A DNA stretch of 63,019 bases, the filler included, from Octopus bimaculoides (taxonomy: Eukaryota): NCBI RefSeq assembly GCF_001194135.2. It is 7 parts of 7 records of this genome, joined end to end, with 100 filler letters (N's around TTAATTAATTAA, not from the genome) between each part and the next. Parts side by side here need not be neighbours in the genome. Positions count along the whole stretch, not along the records: positions 1 to 10,761 come from NC_068993.1; positions 10,862 to 21,377 come from NC_068982.1; 5 more parts are not named here. One strand, given 5' to 3'. The first letter of the stretch is position 1; every line of letters starts with the position of its first letter. The translations under genes and the position numbers were made by a program. Below the pieces are notes generated by a model. The model saw only the letters and a program-made list of their open reading frames with translations, ran no database searches and was not told where the DNA came from. Shown in pieces: positions 1 to 12,825 of this stretch.

Positions 1-1624
1 GAAACGAAACAGAACGAAACGAAATTATAAAAGACTTTCATGAAATAAAAGTTTATATCTGTCAAACGGTTTCCTTTCTTCCAACTCAGACACCGATGTG
101 GTATGCAGCCCGTCATTCCAAAATATTCTATTTTAACTCTTTTGCGTAAAATTTTTGGAGATCTTTTGAAGATTTCGAGTTTTTAAACATTCTTCTTAGA
201 AAACCTTTCTTAAAAGATAAAAAAAAAGTAAAACATTTCTTTTCATCTTTTTGTTTTTCTTTTTAACCTTTGATTATCAAAGAAGGATGATGTGGTGTTT
301 TTATGAAACAAACTAATGGAGTTCTCTCATTAACGTTCTTTATCTTGTTCAGACACTTCTGGGGTCAAATTCTGTCGGAGTCGATTTTGTCTTTCAACTC
401 TCTCGGATTGATTCAACAAAACTATTGCCAATAAATAGACAGAGATCGATTGTATTGGATATAAACATCCCCCTCCCTAGTAAAATCAGTTTTGATCTGT
501 AGTCAAAAATTGTTAATTATTGTCGTTACTATTTAGTCCCGAGTCAATACTGATAGGCCAGAACTATAATCAAAGTTGCTCCAATCATGACGATCTCGTT
601 TTAAATTTGCTCGGACACGGTATATCTAGGTCTACGTTATACAATGTGTCATTCCTCATACCAGTGGATAATTTGAGGGACATTTGGCAGCTTTTAATAG
701 CAGGTAGAGCGATAAAGTGAAGGCTTCTCTGTTTATTCGGCATAATTATTTGATGACAAGGAAGAGCGTCACAAAGAGTGATTAAGATCGCCTAGAGAGG
801 AGAAGGTCATAGAAAGGTGAGGGTCATAGAGAGACAAGGGTCATAGATAGAGCTAAAGGTCATATTTAAAGAAAGAGGAAATGAAAACGGGTGGAGCGGA
901 GCCCCGAGACGGCAATGCAGTTTCATAAACCCGGCATGGGTCATTTCAGTTTACTTCTGCGCGAAAAAATGTACATTGGTTCATGCAAGTTAGCATGTGG
1001 TGGACATTGATGGAGCATTTTTGATAATAGACCTGTCTACCTAAGGTTAAACTATGATAACAAGAACAATTCTTTTCAATAATACATCCCCAAGCAACTA
1101 ACTAACCAGCAGACAGAAATAGATCATAGGTCACCTTGATGAATGCAGACATGAGCCTAAGCAACAAGAAGCGAGAGAGCCTCCTTGTCAGCGGTTCCCA
1201 ATAGGGGTCTGAAGTCCTGTAAGGGTCCACAAAGAAAGTATTAGAGGTCTGTGAGCTGAGTTCAAGATTTGGTGGATAGATAGAACTTTCAAAAAGTTAA
1301 GGCCAGGGACGATTCTGGATCTTTTCTGTTGCTGTCACAGATATCTTTTTTTCTTTTAATTTTGCTTCAATTGTTTTAAAATTTGGTGCACCGATTTAGT
1401 TTTGCATACAAATTATGAAAATTAAATTCATTTTTGCTATGAATTGATAAATAAAAAGTTAATAGCTTTTAAAGTTTACAAATTTTGGGTAAATACAGCC
1501 AATAGAAAGCCACAGATATGTTGGTGCCTGTTTCCATAATAACAAGTGAAGCTGCAGTCTGCTGTCCGAAACATCATGACTACCTCGAGTATGTTCTTTT
1601 AGCCTATGTAATTTCTTTGATGGC

Positions 1625-1756
1625 GAATCAAACTCTAAACCTAAACATAAACCTAAGCTTAACACTAACCTTAAACTTAATCCTAACCCTAAACACTAAC
1701 TCTAACCCTAACCCTAAGCCTTAACCCTAACCCTGACACCAAACCCTAATCATAAC
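1625..1756 (+). repeat. Degenerate (CCCTAA)n telomere-like tract
   Basis: Hexamer-periodic sequence such as cctaaccctaaacactaactctaaccctaaccctaagccttaaccctaaccct. Confidence 0.85.
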
Positions 1757-2049
1757 GTAGTTTTTTTCATCTTGTTTTGACATTTTGTAATTTTTCGCAA
1801 AAAATTTCGTTGAAGATTTTTTTTCCTTTTTAAATCAATTACATGCATGATCGACCGTTTCATATGACTTTATTCGTTAAAACTTATTAAAAGTTCTTCT
1901 ACTTTCATCATTGTAATGTTTTGGTTTCATTTTGTTTTACTAAAACTTCGTCATTGTAATACTTTTGCTTTCATTTTGTGATAGATAAGTTATCACGCAG
2001 GAAACGCTAGCTTCCAAATCTTGTTTTCTGATTGAATGAAAATTATCAA

Positions 2050-2251
2050 ACTTTTATTCTTTTATCTGTTTCAGTCATTTTGACTGCAGCCATGCTGGAG
2101 CTCTGCTTTTATTCCAAGAAATCGACCCCAGGACTTATTCTTTGTAAGCCCAGCACTTTATCGGTGTCTTTTGCCGATCCGCTAAGTTACAGGGACGTAA
2201 ACACACCAACATCGGTTGTCAAGCGATAGTAGGGGGACAAACTCAGACACA

Positions 2252-2292
<41 letters not shown>

Positions 2293-2466
2293 GTATATAT
2301 ACGACGGGCTGCTTTCAGTTTCCGTCTACCAAGTCCACTAACAAGGCTTTAGTCGACCCGAGGCTATAGTAGAAGATATCTACCCAAGGTGCCACGTAGT
2401 GGGACTGAACCCGGAATCATGTGGTTGGTAAGCAAGTTACTTACAACACAGCTACTCCTGCTCCTG
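2050..2466 (-). mobile_element. tRNA-derived SINE, family 1
   Basis: Near-identical to other copies in the window: tRNA-like head, central (CA)n, tail gcagtcaaaatgactgaaac. Confidence 0.9.
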
Positions 2467-3754
2467 TGCAACATTTCTCTAAAAGTTTTCTCGTATGAAT
2501 AAATTACGAAATCGTATTCAACGGGAAAAATTTCATCAATATTACAAATTTGAAAATTTTCACTTAATTTTAAAATTTCAAAATTGGTGACAGCAACAGA
2601 AAAGATCCGAAAAGGAGTCAGTGAAAATGTCGGGAACCAATATTCTATGTGATTGCTAGAAATAGAAACCAATTCTCGGTAGGACACATCGATTAATGTA
2701 GTCATAGGAAGTCATGTCTCTAAAAAATATGAGGAGGTCACAGGTACAATGTCTTCGATTATGGATCTGTTGGTACAGTTTTGACCTACCTGTGGTTAAA
2801 CAACAGCAGTCAGATTTTCATCTTTCGATTCAACTCAGTGACATACGTACTGTTGTTCCGACTGGAAAAATCTGCCTGCTAACACCACCACCACCACTAC
2901 CACCTCACCAACACCTCCACCGCCAGCCCACCACCACCACCACCATCACCTCATTCACCACCATCACTACCACCACCAGTACAACTACCAGCATCAACAC
3001 CACCACTGCTACTGCTGAAAACCCAGCCTCTCGTCCACGACCACCAGCGGCACGATGGTCAAACCACTTCAGTTCGCTGGTGGTATGAGATAACAGTCGC
3101 GCTCTGGGACTGACGTTTTAGTGCTGCTTCTCCATCCATCATAACAAAACAAGAAATAAATAAAATAAATAGAAATAAAAAATATATATATAATTAATTA
3201 AACATATAAAGAAATAATCTTTTACCAAACCCTCCTCCACTCCTCACTCGCACACCCCAACACTACTTCTACTCCTCCACCAATTAACTTCTCACCTCCC
3301 ACGACGCTATTGTCTTTGTGTGTATGTATGTGTGCATGCGCGTGCGCATGTATTTATGTGTGCGTGTATGTGTGACGCAGACAGGCAGAGAGAAAGAGAG
3401 GGATAAGGTGAGGAGGAGTGATCATAAACAAGTAGTTACCTACACACGCGCTGATCACATAACGAAAGCAGAGAGGGGGGGGAAGAAAGAAAGAAAGAAA
3501 GAAAAAAAAGAAATAAAGAAAGAGGAGAGTAGAAGCGAAATATAGAAAGGATGAAGGACTGAATAAGAGAGAGATGGGGAGCAGAGAGAGAGAGAGAGAC
3601 GGATGTTTTGATAAGATTACACATGTCGTACAAGTCCACCTTGGAAATTTAATCAAATATCGGCGAAATTTATGTCTTTATTACAGTTTGCCAACTTAGT
3701 CGCCATTTTGTCGTCTGCCTTTCTTCTTCGCATTTTTGTGTTCTTGTTGCTGTT

Positions 3755-3793
<39 letters not shown>

Positions 3794-3896
3794 GTGCGTG
3801 TGTGCGTGTGTGCGTGCGTGCGTATTTTGTCATTCTTACAAATGTCAGGGCATCGTTCGTAGTTTACATGATGGTTTATTATGTTGCCTCAAGAAT

Positions 3897-4258
3897 TATG
3901 TGGCTGTGTGGTAAGAAGCTTGCTTCGGGGTTCAGTCCCACTGTGTGGCACCTCAGGCAAGTGTTTTCTATTATGGCCGCGTGCCGACCAAAGCCTGTGG
4001 GTGGATTTGGTAGACGGAAACTGGAAGAAGCCCGTCATGTGTGTGTGTTTGTCCCCCATCACCACTTGACAACCAGTGTTGGTGTGTTTACATCCCTGTA
4101 ACTTAGCAGTTCGGTGAAAGAGTTCGACAGAATAAGTACTAGGCTTCCAAAAGTAAGTCCTCGGGTCGACTTGTTCGACTAAGACCGTTTAAGGCGGTGC
4201 TCCGGCAAAGCCGCAGTCAAATAACTGAAACAAGTAAAAGAATAAATGAATAAAAGAA
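3897..4258 (+). mobile_element. tRNA-derived SINE, family 1
   Basis: Head tggctgtgtggtaagaagcttgct with B-box-like ggttcagtcccac; same body and tail as other copies. Confidence 0.9.
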
Positions 4259-4817
4259 TGTGTGTGCGCGCGCATGGCTTAGTGGTAAGGATATCGGCTA
4301 TCTTACGGGACATAAACAAACTCCAGTTGTCAAAGGATAGTAGGGGACAAACACAAAGACTCACACACCTACGAAATTTATTGGACTCCCCGTCATGGAG
4401 ACAAAGAGAGTCAAAATACATTCTACATTCTTCATGTGCAAAATCTTAAATATTAAATTTTAGATTTAAACTTTGATTCACATGGAGAAAACCGTTTCTT
4501 CCTGATGTAATTGATTTGTTCATCAATATAAAATGCGTTTGAAACAGCTGTAGTGAACTTCAGCCCATTTGTGTTATTATTTATACTACATCACACTTGG
4601 GACCTTTCCTATATTGGATCTGGAATTAACAGTGGGCCGTGGGCTGCCTGGTGGAGTATGCCTGCGTGTGATTTTACATATACACGGTTACTTATATCGA
4701 TGAGTATATTGATCTGTCCATGTGCATCTATATGTACGTAATAGGACAAGCTCGTATATGCATTAGCATGTACGTGTGTGTCTACATATACTGTTGATAC
4801 TGCATATCCTTCAACTT

Positions 4818-5770
4818 ATCAAAAGTACCAGAGAAAAGGTACGGCGAAATCCTCGTCATTCCATCAGAAAACTGGCTGTCACTGAAAAATAAGCCGAACA
4901 TCGAAGCATCGAATGCTGAAAGAGGATCTCAGGACCCACCCCTACAAAATGATCCGCCGTCATGAGCTCATGCAAATTTGTAAGGCCATGAGACTGGAGA
5001 GAAGTCGTCTTATCCTGAGTCAGATTCCTGAAGGCACGCTGATGAAAAGAAATTTGACATCGAACAATCAGTAAACCACCAAAATGACTGACTTTGGACT
5101 TCGGGGTGTATCTGGCTCCGTGAAGAGAAGACTCGTCAATCGACGTCAAAATCCATAGTCAGTTATGGTTATGATTAGGGTTAGGATTAGGGTTTGAGCA
5201 GTCGTGATAGCCACTGGAAGGTCTCCCCTCGTTTTTGTGCTTTCAGGTGTTAAAATCAACACTCAACGATACATTAGCAACATTCTGGAAGCTGAACTGC
5301 TTCCATGAGCAAATGAACACTTTCAAAGCACACCTTGGAGCTTCCAACAGGAATCGGCACCATCCCACAGCTCCAAACAGATAAAACACTGGGTTCAGAA
5401 AACCATTCTGTCGTTCAAAGACAAGGATGTATGACCCTCAAGAAGTCCCGATCACAACCCGTTGGGTTTTTGTTTGGTCCATTTTGGAAACGAGGGTCTC
5501 GAGCACTCACCCATGCTTCGCTCGATACTTTGAAGACAAAACTGCGCCAGGAACGGGATTCGATTCCACAAGAACAGCTGCGTGTTGTGTGTGAAGCACT
5601 CGCACCTAGACTTAAGGCTGATTCGAAACAGAGGTGGTCATATCGAATAAATGTGGTAGGGTCGTAATTGTTTTCTTTATCATTGCATTGCAACACTCGG
5701 ACCCGAAATATAACAATATTTTGCTTCGGCAAAATTGAAAAAAGTTGGTTGCCTTAATTTTAGGGACATA
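4818..5770 (+). mobile_element. Decayed Tc1/mariner maT (DD37D) transposon
   Basis: Conceptual translation across stops and frameshifts: REKVRRNPRHSIRKLA, DEKKFDIEQSVNHQND, NP*SVMV..W, FQQ(E)SAPSHSSK...WPSRSPDHNPL, RLKA..RGGHIE*. There are 37 residues between the second and third catalytic positions. Confidence 0.9.
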
Positions 5771-5881
5771 TATTATATATACATATATAATCAGTATGGA
5801 GCAAAAGATTTGTTTAAAATTTGTCTTATTATTATTTGGACATATACATACATACATACATTCATACATACATACATACTA

Positions 5882-8800
5882 CGACTATGGTAAATAGAAG
5901 GAACAACCGCAACGATTATTGTAATAGTAGTCGTAGTTAGGAATATATACCGGTGAAATATGCCCTTACTGAACTTTTCCGAGAAAATATAACTTTGGTT
6001 TTGAAGTACACTCTCGGGGAGAGAGCATTCTCTACAAAAGTAAGTAAAAAGCTGCCAGATACGGTATTAAAAGCTGTTAACAAAATTTGTGTGGACTACT
6101 TACAGCAGTGTGATGAACTCACAATCAGACAGATTAACGCCTCTCTATATGCCCTGGCTACTACTGCAAAGCAGTACATGAATGACATTCAAAAAGTAAA
6201 CAAAACCAACAAAGAAAGTAAACAAAAACAACAAAGAAAGTACCATCATAGGTTTTTGAAGACAGAGAAAAAGATAACTGGTTTACGGAATACCAGCAGT
6301 CATGTAATGATGTGTATTGCGTACAAACAAGAAAATCACTATACGTCCCACCAACAGAAAGTAAAGAAGGAGATAGAAATGATTCTGGAGACAGCAAAAA
6401 GAGGACATTAACTTGCGAACTGATCACCCTCAAGCAGGAGCTAAAAGCTGTCAGTGAAAAACTCCGACATAAGAAGAGAGTAACCGAGAGAAGAACAATA
6501 AACAAAAAAATTGACGGCAACCAGGCAGCAGTATACAGAGAATCGAGAGGAGAAACAATGAACATCACAGAAGCTCCTTCACGAGAAGACATAAACTCCT
6601 TCTGGAGGAAAAATCTGGAGTGAATAGAAGGAGTTTAACCAAAATCCTCTATAGATGGAAGAAATCCGAAGAAGTTATTGCTGCTGCGCTACATCCAAGA
6701 CATACATTTATGGTGAAACTCTTGCAACTGTGATCCAGAAACTCCAGGTAGGAAAAGCACCTGGAAGAGACTTGATTGTTTGATATTTGTACAAGAAGCT
6801 ATCATTCTACCGACCATATCTTATCAATCTGTACCAGCAAGCTTTTATTGGGAACAATAGCATACCACACTGGTTAGCTCTGGCAGAGACAAAATTGGAC
6901 TCCAAATGCAGAACCACCTACATGGCAAAAAATACCGGCCAGAACTAATGCATAAGATGCGTACAGCATGCTTAAACCTCTTCCTCCAGGACCATTGTGA
7001 AACCAATAACATCATCACAGCAGAACAAGCAGCTGAGAAGAAGGGAGTCTGAAGATATGCCAAGCAGTTGTTAATCAACAGAACTGTGATGTCAGAGGTG
7101 CGAGAGCATAAGAGGAACCTAATTTCAATGTGACTACACTACAAGAAAGCCTTTGACTCTGTTCCTCACTCATGGACGACCACAATACATACGCACTTAC
7201 ATACATACATGCATACATACATACACCCATCCGTCCATACATACATACATACATACATACATTGGATGCTAGAAGCCCTTCAACTTGCTAAAGTTCCTGT
7301 GAGCATAGTCAAAGCCATAGCTGACCTGACTTCATCGTGGGCCATCATCTTGAAATTAAACACAAAAAGTGATTGTATTATCACTGATAGAATACAGTAT
7401 TGCAAAGGCATATTCCAAGGGGACAGCTTCTCTGTGATGTTGTTTATACTTTCTCTAAGTCCCTTGTCATTATGTTGAGGAAGTCTGCAGGATATCTCAC
7501 TGGTTCACAAGGAAACACAAATACCAAAATTACACACTGTTTCTTTGTGAATGACTTGAATCTTGAGGCAAAGAATATGCACAAGAGGAAAAAGAGCCTC
7601 GACCTAGTTACAATATCATCAAAGGAATTGGGTTTGGAGTTTTGATCAGGATAAATGTTATATGGTTGTGAAAAGAGGGAAAAGTATAAACCAGACTAGC
7701 AACATTTCCATCAATTTGATTGTTTCCCCCATATCTGACGAGGAATGTTATAGGTATGTGCGGGTGAATGAAAACATATCTTACACTGGCACCTGTAGCA
7801 AAACACGTATCACTAAAGAATATTACAGTTGAATAAAGTAAATTTGGACCTCAGAGCTCTCTGCATTCAATAAAACAGTGGCCCACGATGTGTTTGCAGT
7901 GCCAGCATTCATACCAACATTTGGGCTGTTTGATTAGACGCTTGATGAGATCCGAGCCATTGAAGTGAAAACCTGAAAAAGACTAACAAGCACACATAAT
8001 TTCCATATAAACAGTGACGTAACCGCCTCTACCTGAAACGAAAACAGGGTGGTAGAGGCTTAACATCGATCCAAAATGCTTTTGAATGTCGTATCTTTTA
8101 ACCACTAAGTATCGAAGTGCATCCCTTGACCAAGTTTGCATACATGAGGAATGCAGTTCTTTGAGCAAGACTTGGAATGCAGTTCTTTGAGCAACATTCC
8201 TTGTCTGATAACCTAGAATAATGCCCTAAGAAATCACACGATTTTACCGCAACGTATCATCAGATGAAAGGATGAGACCATGCATGCATATCATCCACAT
8301 CATAAGCAGTTGTCCGAAAATGTCATCAGAGTATTATCTACCGATGAGACATGATGGACACTCTATAAGAACCCATAGTATGGTAGAAGCCATAGCCACT
8401 CATAATAAAAAGGAGTACTGGTGGAGTGTCCCAGTGAAGACCTCAATAAAATGTAAGCACAACAGACCTGATATAAAGATTTGGGATAGAGAAGAGAAAC
8501 CGTGTACAGTTGTGGAAATTAGCTGCCCAGCGGATGTTAACATAAAGCTGAAGATCAGTGGAAAAGAAATATCTACACTGAACTATTTGAGATATCTGCA
8601 GTTATTCTATCCAGATTACAATTTCAGGTTTGTACCTATAATTATTGGGGCCCTAGGATATGTAACACACTGCTTAAATACCAATTTGAGCAATTAGGCT
8701 TCTCAAAACCAGAAAGGAGAATGCTAATTCGAAGACTACAGATCCAATCCATCACTGGAACTGTAAAACTTTCCAGAAGTTTATCATTTAAATATATATG

Positions 8801-9030
8801 AGTATGTCTAGATATGCAACTATATGCATGAGAATGCATACATAAAACAAAACATACAAATCTGCATACATACATACATACATACATACATACATACATA
8901 CATACATACAAACATACATACAAAAGTAACCTATTGTTGATGTTGAAATTCCAATGAAGGAGCCTTGTATCAAGGTTAGAAACCGGCTCTCTCTCTACTG
9001 GCAAGAAATCGTGAAGTAAAACTGAACAAT
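5882..9030 (+). mobile_element. Decayed near full-length R4/Dong-clade non-LTR retrotransposon (RT plus RLE endonuclease)
   Basis: RT motifs KAPGRD, YKKAFDSVPHSW, KGIFQGDSFSVMLFILSL, THCFFVNDL; zinc-knuckle end HIISSC; RLE motif HNRPDIKIWDREEKPCTVVEISCPADVN..K..K; PIIIGALG. Many stops and frameshifts. Confidence 0.92.
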
Positions 9031-9420
9031 AGGTATAGGAGCGGCTGAGCAGTAAGAAGCTTGCTTCCCAACCACATGGTCTTGGATTCAGTCCGTTGGG
9101 CAAGTGTCTTCTACTAAAGCCACGGGCCGACCAAAGCTTTGTGAGTAGATTTGGTAGACGGAAACTGAAAGAAGCCTGTCGTATATGTGTATGTGTGTGT
9201 GTGTGTGTTTGTTTGTCCTCCCAAACCTTCGCTTGACAACTGATGTTGGCGTGCTTACGCACCCGTAAATTAGCAGCTCGGCAAAATAGACCGCTAGAAT
9301 AAGTACTAGGCTTACAAAGAATAGGTCCTAGGGTCGATTCGTTCGACTAAAGGCGGTGTCCCAGCAAGGCTGCAGTCAAATGATTGAAACAAGTAAAAGC
9401 AAGAAACTAAAAGAAGAAAG
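9031..9420 (+). mobile_element. tRNA-derived SINE, family 1
   Basis: Same head, body and tail as other family-1 copies. Confidence 0.9.
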
Positions 9421-10199
9421 ACATACATATGACGGGTTATAGTTGGTCCGGATCTACAATAAGCTGCAAGGCAGTGGGAATGAACCCAGAACTATGTGGT
9501 AAGGAAGCAAACTTCTTACCTCACACATGCACGCACGCACGCACACAAACACATACTCACACACGCACACGCACACACACACGCGCGCGCACACATTCGT
9601 TTCAGTCGTGGTGCTGGTTCGAATGTATTGCGACATTTATTTCGGCTGTTAGCGTTATGGGTTCAAATCCTTCGCTTTCATCCTTTCGTGAGGTCGATAA
9701 ATAAAGAAGGTTCCCGCTGTCGGTACAGCTTCCCTTTCCTGCCTCTCCACCTGTCACATCATGGACGATGGACGCTCCACTGGATCAATCAATGAAAGAT
9801 CGAGGGTGGGTGTTTGTGTGTTGTTTTCGTTGTCGATAACAATGTCGCTGAAACAAATAGCCAAACCATGGGGTATGTTATCAAGTCGTTCGATCACGAG
9901 TGACACTTTTACTCATCTGGTGTGTACATGTGTACGTGTATAGATATATGTACATACATACATACATATAAACATACATACATACATACATGCATACATA
10001 CACACATATACATACATAGGTAGACAGACTAACAAATATTTGCGTACATATATGCACAGACAGACAGACAGATAGACGCGCGAGCGCATTTTAAAAATAC
10101 AGACACACAAGACACACAAAACAGAGACAGACAGACAGGCAGACAGGCAGGCAGACACACAGATAGACAGACAAACAGATAGACAGACACACACACAAA

Positions 10200-10256
<57 letters not shown>

Positions 10257-10267
10257 TAGATAGATAA

Positions 10268-10322
<55 letters not shown>

Positions 10323-10761
10323 CGAAATGAGATGACAGCAGATAAGATGTATATCTTGTAAGGAACTTCTTAGGAATGGATCATATGTGAATGCTTTTAA
10401 CAAGTGGACGGAAGAAGTGGTTGAGAGGGTTTGGTTGTGTGTAGTGGAAGCAACATTTAAGAATGACCGGAAACGTTAACGAAACAATCTGTTTATAAAT
10501 AAAAGATCACAGCAGTTGATTCTTGATATACAAATAGTTTATATTGTCAGCGGTGAGAAACCATGATAGAAGGTGACGGTGGGGCGTGATTGGTGGGGTG
10601 CGGGGTGATAGATGCGGCTGAGGTGGTGGTGGTGGTGGTGGTGGTGATGGTAATGCAGTGGTATGTTTATGTTGATATTTGAAGTTAGGGTGGAGGTGCT
10701 AGTTATAATGGTGTAGAGAAGTTAGTCAAAGTGGTGGAGATAAGGGGTTGTGGCGGTGTAG

Positions 10762-10861
10762 NNNNNNNNNNNNNNNNNNNNNNNNNNNNNNNNNNNNNNN
10801 NNNNNTTAATTAATTAANNNNNNNNNNNNNNNNNNNNNNNNNNNNNNNNNNNNNNNNNNNN
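10762..10861. other. Artificial assembly spacer N44-TTAATTAATTAA-N44
   Basis: 44 N, a 12-bp six-frame stop palindrome (10806-10817), 44 N. Confidence 0.97.
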
Positions 10862-11083
10862 GGCCGTTGCCAGTATCACCTGACTGGCCTTCGTGCGGGT
10901 GACACGTAAAAGCACCTACTACACTCTCTGAGTGGTTGGCGTTAGGAAGGGCATCCAGCTGTAGAAACTCTGCCAAATTTAGATTGGAGCCTGGTGTTGC
11001 CATCCGGTTTCACCAGTCCTCAGTCAAATCGTCCAACCCATGCTAGCATGGAAAGCGGACGTTAAACGATGATGATGATGATA
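10862..11083 (+). mobile_element. RTE-type LINE 3' end
   Basis: gcatccagctgtagaaactctgcc...cccatgctagcatggaaagcggacgttaaac followed by (GAT)n tail; recurs several times in the window. Confidence 0.8.
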
Positions 11084-12484
11084 TATATATATATATATAC
11101 AGCAACGTGTATGTGTGTCTGTGTACATTTTATATTTCTACTTGAAACCATTGAGCTAAAAGCAAGTTACTTTTGTTGGCATTCTCTGTCAACAAATTAT
11201 CCTCTAGTTCTACATTTTCACATTTTTTAAGTGTATGGTAAATGTGAGTAGATAAGGTCTATGGAATATAAAGTACCTGCAAAGAGTTAACGGGAGTAAT
11301 TGCAGTACAAGAGTATACCTAGATGATGGCAGACTCATTACATTTAAAGTTTCTAACAGCAATAAAAGAGACAGTCAAGACAGCTTGATAGCAGCATTTT
11401 TTTTTCTTTAGTAAGATCTAGATGAGATAGTGCAGTAACTGTTATGGCTAGGTGTGGATCAGAGGAGATAATGTCAGAGGGAACTTGTTGCATGGAAAGA
11501 AGGAATTGGAAGCCCAGTAGAAGTAATTGACATTTAAATTAAAGTGAAGTAGGCATATTAGAACTATCTACTTACAACAAATCATAACTTTTTTTTAATG
11601 CAGTTTTAGCAATGTTATCCCAGAAACTTTTTGATGAACCTCCTATAGCATTCTGAAATTTTAAAAATCTTAAAATATAAGTGATTTCACTAAACCCAAA
11701 AATCAGAAAATAATATTACATTGAGGGACTTCAGGGACCTACCGCTTTAGCCCTATCAATGAAAGAGGAGGAGGGGAGCATGTAAAATGAAAAAAATATA
11801 TACAAAATAAATAAAATAATAACGAGAACAGAAAAGAAAAATAAACATTATACAATTAAGATAATAAAATCTGTCACTAGAAAAAATGATTCTGTGCATA
11901 GAAGAGAAGGGAGAAGGAGTGGAAGTGTGTGTCATTGTTTTGCATTTTCATGCCAAGATTAAAAGATTGTGTCAATCAATTAACTAAGTGAAATTAGCTC
12001 CCATCTAGAGTTAACTAAGTGAAATTTAATTTGATCACTTAATTGATTTAAGTTAGAACACAAAAAAGGATAATAAAATAAGGTAAAAAAAAAAAGAGAA
12101 AATATGTGTGCATGTAGAAGAAAAAAGAAAGCGAAACAACACCGCCTCAGAGAAGAGGTTGTGACTTCAGCAAGGGATACAAAAACATGACTGCATTATA
12201 TTCAAGAAACCAGCTAATGAGTAGAGTCTAGAATTAACAAAATTAAATCCATTCTTGAGTTAACTAAGTGTGATAAGCTAATGGATGACAAGTTAGAACA
12301 GATTGAAAAACTGACAGAGAAATTTGAACTTAGGCAAGACTCAGACTTGGCAAGACCATATGACCAACCATTTAAAACAAATGATTAGATCTAGATGTTA
12401 AAAAACAGCCCAAATTTTTCAATTACATTGCTATATATATAATGTATATTATGACAACATTAAGCAACAGTTTAAAATATTTAC

Positions 12485-12560
12485 CACTTAATTGGATTTT
12501 CATAGTGAAAAGGACAGATTCCTTGTCTCTTTTCTTAATGCATTTAACAATGTCACAAAC
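12485..12560 (-). CDS. Candidate internal exon of an unidentified gene (VCDIVKCIKKRDKESVLFTMKIQLS)
   Basis: Acceptor ttgcatttcttctcag and donor G|gtaaat, 76 bp, one open frame. No protein family recognised. Confidence 0.3.
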
Positions 12561-12825
12561 CTGAGAAGAAATGCAACATTTTAAAGCAGTTACAATACTT
12601 CTAAAGTATAATATCAATATCAAAACTAAAAATTATAACCTTTCATTTGAATTCAAGATCTTTTAGTAGACAGATAGACTGAGCTATTGTTTGACTGACC
12701 CAAGGATTGAAAACATGCTCATTAGCTGAATGACTACATTTAACTTTTGATAAATGTTTTTATTCCCTGTCCCAGTCTTATTCAGGTAGTAAAAATTATA
12801 TGCTCTAAACTTAACTTTTGCATCT

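Noticed and set aside
2714-3088. Pro/His/Thr-rich 124-aa ORF and similar low-complexity ORFs (31124, 42058, 48422, 49165)
   Set aside because: Translations of CAC/CAT/TAC microsatellites or degenerate GT-rich repeats; no domain or splice support.
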